From NCBI GenBank assembly GCA_044222185.1, contig JBGANV010000001.1:1789337-1853336 (forward strand): DNA of 64,000 nt. The letters are read 5' to 3'. This document shows, piece after piece, positions 58,004 to 64,000 of the stretch. This DNA is from Planctomycetota bacterium. GTDB taxonomy: Bacteria > Planctomycetota > GCA-002687715 > CAIWVZ01. The notes beneath the pieces are model-generated. The model was not told where the DNA came from. It searched no databases and worked only from the letters and a program-made list of their open reading frames with translations. The translations under genes and the position numbers were made by a program. Positions within the stretch are counted from its first letter, which is position 1. Every line of letters begins with the position of its first letter.

Positions 58004-61000
58004 TCACTTCGACGGCGAGGATTCGGGCAGCGACGTCGGGCGAGATTCCGGCGGCGCCGGCGGCGGGCCACCGAGCCCTCGGATGAGGCGCTCGTGATTC
58101 GTCTGCGCCCAATGCTCGAACGCATCGCGACGGTCGTTCGCGTCTTCGATCGGCGACGACATCGTCAACGGCGGGAGGCGCTCGTCGGTCAGCGCGCGCA
58201 GCCGGGCATCGACGGCCTCACGCAGAGCCGGGTTGCGCTCCGTGAGCACCTTGAGCAGCACGGCAAAGCCCTTCGCGTCGAGCTTCCCACCACCGAGCCA
58301 TGACTCGAGGAAGACCGTGTCGAGCTTCAGCTCCCGCAGCGCGAGGCGGAACCACTCGCTCCGGTCGAGCTTGCCGAAATCATCGGAGAACTTCTGGTAC
58401 TCGGCACGACGAAGCGCTGGTGCCTTGGCCGTCGAGACGAAGTACGTGAGCTGGTTGAACGCGCGCTCGGCGAACGGGTCCCCTTCGGGGTTCGCCAGCG
58501 CGCGCAAGAGGTGAGGCATCGCCTCCGGCGCACCGAGTCGCGCCAGCGTCAGGACGGCGACGCGGCGCAGGTCTGCGTCATCCGAGTTGAGCGACGGGAG
58601 AAGGTCGGGAACCGCGCCCTCCCCCTTCGACGACGCCAGAGCCTCGATCGCCTGCAACCGCACGTCACGTGACTTGCTTCGGGCGTACGCGTCGGCGATC
58701 TCGGCCGTCGCCTCCGAACCGCCGATTCGCGCGAGCGTCGACAGGGCTTCGCAGCAAACCTGCACGTCCGTGTGCTCCCGGACGATTCCACCGAGGGCGA
58801 CGATGGCGCGCCGCCCACGCGAGGCCGAAAGTCCGCGGAGAACGGCGTAACGATCGTGCACGTCTCCGTCCCGGAAGATCTCCATGAGACGGGCGACGCC
58901 CTGCTCGCGCATGACGGTGCCGATCGCCTCGATGGCCCGCACGCGAAGCGGCTTGTCTGGCGAGTTGATCACCGCCTCGAGCATGGCGGGGACGCGATCG
59001 TCGTCGAACGACGCCAGGGTCCGCACGCAGGCATCGCGCACGCGTGGCTCGTAGTCTTTCAGCCCGTCGATGAGGATCGAAACGACGTCGCGGTCGCCGC
59101 GGAAACGTGCGAGTGCCTCCGCGGCCGCGGCGCGCATGTTCGCCTGCTCCGAACGAAGCGCGGCCATCACGTTGGTCCTGGGCTGTTTCGCGAGGAACTG
59201 GCGCAAGACTTCCGCCGTACGCGCTCCGGGCGAGCGGCCGAGGAACGCGAGCACTTCCTCTCGCACCGGCACCGTATCGACGACCGCAAGCACGTCGATG
59301 AGCCGCGCTGCCGCCTCGGACAGCGTCTTCTCCTCGCGCAGCAACGCGATCAGCCGATCCGCGTTCCGCGCGCGAAACTCGGGTGCGGACACGGACAGCA
59401 GGTCCACGGCGGCGAGCCGGGCGTCCTCGCCGAACAACGGGTAGTTGTCGAGCGCGAGTTGCAGCAGCTTGTCCCGCTGCGCCTCGACCGGTGCGGAATG
59501 GAAGAACTCGGCGTTGTCCGCGAAGTAGCGCGCCCTCCCCTGCGGATCCGTGGGCGCGAACCGCTGCCACGCCAGCGATCGCTTCAGATCGAACAGCGTC
59601 TTCTCGAGCGCGTCGATCTCCGGCGGGAACGGCGCGTAATGACGCCGTGTGAACTCGTCCGGACCCCGGCGCAGAGTGATCTCGATCACGGGATCGGTGC
59701 GCGACGGGTCTTTCGTGTCGCCGCGCACGGCGAAGAACCGCGCGGAGTCCAGAGCCTTCTTGATGGCGTCCCGATCCGGGGCGCCGAGGACGAGGGGCTG
59801 GCCCGGCAGGTTCCGGTCCAGGACCGTGACGTCGCCGGTGAGCAACGCGGCCCGCTCCCCGCCTTCCATCCCGCTCACGCGGATCGACACGGTGCACCTG
59901 GCGAGGTCGTCGACCGTCACCATGCGCAGCTGGCGCCGCGCGACGAATCCGTTCTCGGCACGCTTCCAGTAGGCGCGCCACCGAGATGACGTGGGCCCGT
60001 AGCTCTCGCCGCTGATCAGCTCCATCTTCCGGTAGCCCAGTTCCTCCACCGCGACGTAGTCGTTGAAGAAGCTTCCGCCAGCCACCGTGTCGATGAGGAT
60101 CGGCATCAGGTACTTGTCCGCGATCGCGCGGAGCGTGGCGTCGTCCGTCCGAAACGACACGTTCGCGAGCGCGATGGCCGCGGCACCCCGGTAGAACGGG
60201 TCGTCGCCCTGCAGCATGCGCAGCGCGCGGTCGCGCACCGACTCGTTGTCGGGAATCAACACGACGCCCTTCACGTCCTCCGCCTCCGTCAGCGCGAGCA
60301 ACGCGTACGCCGCCTGCCGCTGCGTGCCCGTGCGGGCGAGGGCCAGGAGTTTCTTGAACTCCGTCTCCGTGCCGTGCCGCGCGACGTGCCGCGCGGCGAC
60401 CGCAGCCACGCCCACCTCCGGGTCGGCGAGTGCATCGATGAACTCGTCGCGCGACGCGGAGTCCGGCACCCGCGTCATGAGGTCCATGGCGACGGCGCGC
60501 GTCTGCGCCGTGCGTGATTTGAACAGCGTGATGAGGTCCGGCATGTACTGCGGATCGAGGACGGCCGGCAGCGCGTTCTGCGCCGCGAGCCGCACACGGC
60601 CGACCTGGTGCGTGAGGAACGGGAGGAGCTGACGGGGCCCCGCGATCGGATCGATGCGAATCAGCGCGGCCATCAAGTCGGCCAGCGCAGCGCCGTTCGT
60701 CGGCTCGCGGATCGCGGCGATCAACGAGGGCGTCGCGGCCTTGGCGCCCATCTCACCGAGCGCGAACGCGCTGGCGGCTTGGACGCGCCAGTCGTTGTTC
60801 CCGAGCCCGGCGATGAGCCGAGGCTCGACGCTCGCGCCCAGACCCGAGAGGGCGATGGCCGCGTCCTTCCCCGGTTTCGCCGGCCAGCGCGACAGCCGTC
60901 CGAAGAGCGTCTCCACGGGATCGCCGCTCGTCGGTGCCGGCGCGTCCTGGGGCGCGGTGGCGGGAGCGTCCGCCGGGCGAGAGTCGGCGGGCTTCGCCAC

Positions 61001-61141
61001 GTCGTCCCCGGGCGAGAAGACGGGCCTCGCGCCGGGCTTCCCGGCGCGAGGCGGGTTGACGTGCGTCGGAGGGTTGTTCTGCGCCGTGAGGACGACCGCG
61101 GCGAGACTCCAAGCGAGGAGCGTGACGACAGACTTGAGCAT
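58004..61141 (-). CDS. Large secreted HEAT/PBS-lyase-like repeat protein (1045 aa)
   Basis: Signal peptide (MLKSVVTLLAWSLAAVVLTAQ). Many ~30-aa repeats of the pattern ..VR..A..ALG.IG...A...L...L.D.... typical of HEAT-like repeats. Confidence 0.65.
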   Translation of the reverse strand: MLKSVVTLLAWSLAAVVLTAQNNPPTHVNPPRAGKPGARPVFSPGDDVAKPADSRPADAPATAPQDAPAPTSGDPVETLFGRLSRWPAKPGKDAAIALSGLGASVEPRLIAGLGNNDWRVQAASAFALGEMGAKAATPSLIAAIREPTNGAALADLMAALIRIDPIAGPRQLLPFLTHQVGRVRLAAQNALPAVLDPQYMPDLITLFKSRTAQTRAVAMDLMTRVPDSASRDEFIDALADPEVGVAAVAARHVARHGTETEFKKLLALARTGTQRQAAYALLALTEAEDVKGVVLIPDNESVRDRALRMLQGDDPFYRGAAAIALANVSFRTDDATLRAIADKYLMPILIDTVAGGSFFNDYVAVEELGYRKMELISGESYGPTSSRWRAYWKRAENGFVARRQLRMVTVDDLARCTVSIRVSGMEGGERAALLTGDVTVLDRNLPGQPLVLGAPDRDAIKKALDSARFFAVRGDTKDPSRTDPVIEITLRRGPDEFTRRHYAPFPPEIDALEKTLFDLKRSLAWQRFAPTDPQGRARYFADNAEFFHSAPVEAQRDKLLQLALDNYPLFGEDARLAAVDLLSVSAPEFRARNADRLIALLREEKTLSEAAARLIDVLAVVDTVPVREEVLAFLGRSPGARTAEVLRQFLAKQPRTNVMAALRSEQANMRAAAAEALARFRGDRDVVSILIDGLKDYEPRVRDACVRTLASFDDDRVPAMLEAVINSPDKPLRVRAIEAIGTVMREQGVARLMEIFRDGDVHDRYAVLRGLSASRGRRAIVALGGIVREHTDVQVCCEALSTLARIGGSEATAEIADAYARSKSRDVRLQAIEALASSKGEGAVPDLLPSLNSDDADLRRVAVLTLARLGAPEAMPHLLRALANPEGDPFAERAFNQLTYFVSTAKAPALRRAEYQKFSDDFGKLDRSEWFRLALRELKLDTVFLESWLGGGKLDAKGFAVLLKVLTERNPALREAVDARLRALTDERLPPLTMSSPIEDANDRRDAFEHWAQTNHERLIRGLGGPPPAPPESRPTSLPESSPSK

Positions 61142-61490
61142 GCTCGGACTCCGCCGATACGAACCGAGATTCAGGGCACGTCGGGCAGGGACAGGAAAGG
61201 CCCCGGTTCTACGGCCTCGGAGGGGGGTCGGTCAACGGGTCGTTGCGTCGGCGGGCACGCGGTGGCGCCCGTCCGCGAATCCGGCCTGGCGACCCATGGC
61301 GCTCAACCCCATGGGATACTGCACGCCTCGCCCGCGCGTGCGGGTTCGCATGGTTCGGGCACCGTGCCAGGCCGATGGAGGAACACGACATGCGGAGCAT
61401 GCGGCTGATCTCGGTCGTGCTGGTCGTCGCACTCGTGGCGCGTTGGATCCGTTTGCTCGACTTTGGATCCTCCCCGAACCCGTCGTCGGC

Positions 61491-61931
61491 GGAGCGCCTG
61501 GCCTCCCGAGTCCGACGAGGAGGCCTGGCTGGATGGCGAGACCTCCGGGCTCGCCAGAGCGTTGAGGTGCCCTGATACTCAGACGGCTGTCGCGCGAGCG
61601 GCCCCGCGACTCGAGATCCGTTGCGAGTTCCCGGCGGGGCGGAGCCCCCGCCGTCCAGCCGCGTAGAACGCGGCGCTCCTGTCGCCGCGATTCCGACGCC
61701 GCATGGCACGCGATTCCGCAATCCGAGATTCGTTGCGAGTCCGCGGAGCGCCTGGCTTCCCGAGTTCGACGAGGAGGCCTGGCAGGGTGGCGAGAACGCC
61801 GGGGTCGCCGGAGTGTGGAGGGGCGTTGAGATTCAGACGGCTGCGGCGCGCGCCGTTCAGCGACGTCAGATCCGGTGCGAGTTCCCGGCGGGGCGGAGCC
61901 CCCACCGTCCAGCCGCGTGAAACGCGGCGCT
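61491..61931. repeat. Two direct copies of a ~186-bp GC-rich element (61491-61676 and 61745-61931). Each ends in two adjacent strong hairpins.
   Basis: Copies share the termini GGAGCGCCTGGC(C/T)TCCCGAG...GAGTTCCCGGCGGGGCGGAGCCCCC(G/A)CCGTCCAGCCGCGT(A/G)(G/A)AACGCGGCGCT. Hairpins are CCGGCGGGGC-gga-GCCCCCGCCG and GCCGCGT-aga-ACGCGGC. The internal stem GGCGAG...CTCGCC is preserved although its loop sequence differs. Confidence 0.5.
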
Positions 61932-61955
61932 TCGGCCATCGGCGCGAAGCGGACG

Positions 61956-63962
61956 TCAGACGCGCGTCACGGCATCCGCCGGCAACTCGGGGACCGAAAG
62001 CCGCAGCGAACATCGCACCAACGCGGCGTCTGGCGCACCGCCCACGAGCGTGAGGCTCGCACGGACCCAGGCCGTTGGAATTGATGTTGCATAGATCGAC
62101 ACGGTCCGTGCGACGTCCGTTCGTTCGACTGCGAGGGTTTGCCAAGTGACCCGATCATCGGACCCATCGATCGACACGTACAGCAGTGGCGTTCCATCGA
62201 GGCGCACGACATCCGCCATCACGGAGACGGCAGCGGGTGCTCGCGCGACCTCCGTGACGTGCAGCACCAAATCGTCGCGTACTGCGTGGCCGACGAGTTG
62301 CAGCATGACGTAGCCCGGAACGACGGCCGCCGGCCGCCCGGGCAGAATCTCGAACACTCGGAGTGAGCGCGCAGGAAGTTCGACATCGAGCCGGATCGCA
62401 CCCGTATTCGTCACGTCGTGAACGTGAACGCGCCTCCCGCCCTCGTTCTCGACGAGAACGCCAAGCTCTGGCATGGGGTATCGGCCCGGCAGCATCCGAA
62501 CGGCTGCCACGCGCGGTTCCGCTGCGGCATTCGTGAGCAGCACTCCAACGTCCGCACCAGACTGCCAGACGGACCCCTGCACCATGAGGTCGCCATCCCA
62601 CCCCGTTCGCTCGAGTGCGTCCTCGAGCATCCCGGGAAGCGGTCGCAACTTCTCCCCGAGGAGCTGAAACCTCCGCGTGACTGGATTCGACCGCACGAGC
62701 GTCCGGATGAAGTCCCAGCTCTCGAAGTGTGGCGTCGACTCGAAGGGCCGCGACAGCAGGTACGCATCGTCGATAGGGTTGATCGGGGCGAGGAGCCGCC
62801 CTCCGTGATAGTGCGTGGCGATCTCCCAGGGCTCCGGCGTGAACGGGATCATCTCCTTGTTCATGAGTCGCTCGGCGACCATGCCGTAGTCGTGGTAGAC
62901 GGTCGAGTACAGAGGTGCTGGGACGAAACTGTCGTAGACCTCGCCCTTCGCCTGGAAGCCGCTCGCGATCTCGATCAGGTCGATGACGCTCTCGTCGACG
63001 AACTCGGACGCGAACGCGAAATCGGGATCCTCGAATCGAACCCCGTTCCACCTCTTGAACTCGGCCTTGAACATCTCGCCCAGAAGCCGCTTTGATTGCT
63101 GCCAATCCGGGCCGCCCGTGCGCGGCAGCTCGGGATTGCCATCGATCTGCGGGGGAAGGCCGATCCAGTGGTCGGTGTAGAGCGCCCGGACGCCGCTCTC
63201 ATCGACGAGCCTCCGCCACGTGGTGATGGCGAGTTCACGGCTCGAGGCGCGCGTCGGGTCGATCGTGACGATCACTTCGCCGTTGAACGGATTGATATCG
63301 AGCACCGGATGGCCGAAGGCGTCCTGCGCGGCTCGGTTTGCTCCGTCAAACGTGCGATACGCCTTTGACGCCGTCGACCACAGGCTGCGCCAGGTGTAGG
63401 GCGTCACCGTGATCCCCTCGTCGGCCAGCCGTTGCACCGCCGCGGGGAACGTCGGCTTCATGGTGTAGTCGGGAAAACTCGTCGCGAACGACTCATAGTT
63501 CCAGGCGCCCCACACCGACGCGATCTTCGCTACCCCCAGGAACTCCTTCACCCGCAGAAGATCCTCGACGAACGGTTCGAAACTCTCGTTCATTTCGTCG
63601 AACGTCCGGCCCCGCAGAGTCGTGAAGTCGGCGTCACGAATGAGGCTGGAGAAGTCGGGCGCCGTCGCGATCGGGCCGCGCTTTCCCCACGGCTGATTCA
63701 ACGCCCAGGTTCTGTAGCGCTTCGCTGCGTCATACCAGCTCCCGCGCATGAGCGAGATGCGGAAGTCGTATGGCATCTCGAAGCTCCAGCCGGACTCCGG
63801 ATCGCCGCCCGCACGCCCGTTGTTGATCGGGTAGTTCGTGAGGGCAAACAGCGTGTTCGTCTTCCCCGCGTACCACTCCATCTCCTTCCGTTGTCCGAGG
63901 CTGTCGGTCGTACGCAGGTATGCCATGGTTCCGCCCGGCGAGTAGTAGGCGAACCACTGCAT
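61956..63962 (-). CDS. Hypothetical protein (668 aa), possibly carbohydrate-active. Its start is at or near the right window edge.
   Basis: Long ORF with Trp/Tyr-rich, non-repetitive sequence. No signal peptide at the annotated Met. No motifs I can assign confidently. Confidence 0.45.
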   Translation of the reverse strand: MQWFAYYSPGGTMAYLRTTDSLGQRKEMEWYAGKTNTLFALTNYPINNGRAGGDPESGWSFEMPYDFRISLMRGSWYDAAKRYRTWALNQPWGKRGPIATAPDFSSLIRDADFTTLRGRTFDEMNESFEPFVEDLLRVKEFLGVAKIASVWGAWNYESFATSFPDYTMKPTFPAAVQRLADEGITVTPYTWRSLWSTASKAYRTFDGANRAAQDAFGHPVLDINPFNGEVIVTIDPTRASSRELAITTWRRLVDESGVRALYTDHWIGLPPQIDGNPELPRTGGPDWQQSKRLLGEMFKAEFKRWNGVRFEDPDFAFASEFVDESVIDLIEIASGFQAKGEVYDSFVPAPLYSTVYHDYGMVAERLMNKEMIPFTPEPWEIATHYHGGRLLAPINPIDDAYLLSRPFESTPHFESWDFIRTLVRSNPVTRRFQLLGEKLRPLPGMLEDALERTGWDGDLMVQGSVWQSGADVGVLLTNAAAEPRVAAVRMLPGRYPMPELGVLVENEGGRRVHVHDVTNTGAIRLDVELPARSLRVFEILPGRPAAVVPGYVMLQLVGHAVRDDLVLHVTEVARAPAAVSVMADVVRLDGTPLLYVSIDGSDDRVTWQTLAVERTDVARTVSIYATSIPTAWVRASLTLVGGAPDAALVRCSLRLSVPELPADAVTRV

Positions 63963-64000
63963 GGCGACTGCGGTCGACGGGTGCGGAAAGTTGTGGCCTC

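Noticed and set aside
61491-61931. CRISPR array or insertion sequence interpretation of the duplicated element
   Set aside because: There are only two ~186-bp copies. No short regular spacers, no cas genes, no transposase ORF and no terminal inverted repeats were seen. It is annotated instead as a generic repeat or structured-RNA candidate.
61209-61939. Small ORFs across the repeat region (61209-61721 -, 61232-61939 -, 61463-61666 +, 61621-61920 +)
   Set aside because: They are mutually overlapping on both strands within duplicated GC-rich hairpin DNA. Their translations are low-complexity. They are most likely non-coding.

Overview
This is a very GC-rich bacterial chromosomal window with tightly packed genes, many joined by ATGA/GTGA start-stop overlaps. 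BamA, Skp, LpxA, LpxC and LpxD show it is diderm. The LpxC-FabZ fusion hints at FCB-group or Gemmatimonadota-like affinity, with low confidence.

Left to right, the window contains:
- **1-3.1 kb:** a lipid-linked sugar modification module: a membrane protein truncated at the window edge, a small membrane protein, an ArnC/GtrB-like GT2 and an ArnD-like NodB deacetylase.
- **3.3-7.6 kb:** secreted proteins flanking a BlaI/BlaR1-like repressor and M56 sensor pair.
- **7.6-19.9 kb:** a large glycosylation locus. It encodes a GT4, a polytopic membrane protein, a Wzx-like flippase and a secreted Cys-repeat protein. These are followed by a co-directional operon of GT2, polyprenyl-phosphate GT2 (GtrB/ArnC-like), YbhN/UPF0104 flippase-like protein, UDP-galactopyranose-mutase-like flavoenzyme, UDP-xylose-synthase-like decarboxylase and ArnT/PMT-like GT-C transferase.
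- **19.9-33 kb, minus strand:** an 11-gene chemosensory operon. Its output looks like a partner-switching module with two STAS proteins and a receiver-PP2C-RsbW-like tripartite protein.
- **33-35 kb:** a second ArnT-like GT-C.
- **35-48 kb, minus strand:** a conserved cluster from two tRNA-Gln genes through glmU, rplY, pth, rpsF-rpsR-rplI, dnaB, bamA, skp, lpxD, lpxC-fabZ fusion and lpxA to a Gfo/Idh/MocA oxidoreductase.
- **48-64 kb:** membrane and lipoproteins, cinA, an extended tatC, a membrane coiled-coil BRCT protein, coaE, kup and a giant secreted HEAT-repeat protein. A duplicated ~186-bp hairpin-rich intergenic repeat lies at 61.5-61.9 kb. A further minus-strand gene of unknown function begins near the right window edge.

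No rRNA, CRISPR array or recognisable mobile element was seen. The most interesting candidates are the polyprenyl-phosphate pentose/furanose glycosylation operon and the chemosensory pathway with fused partner-switching output.
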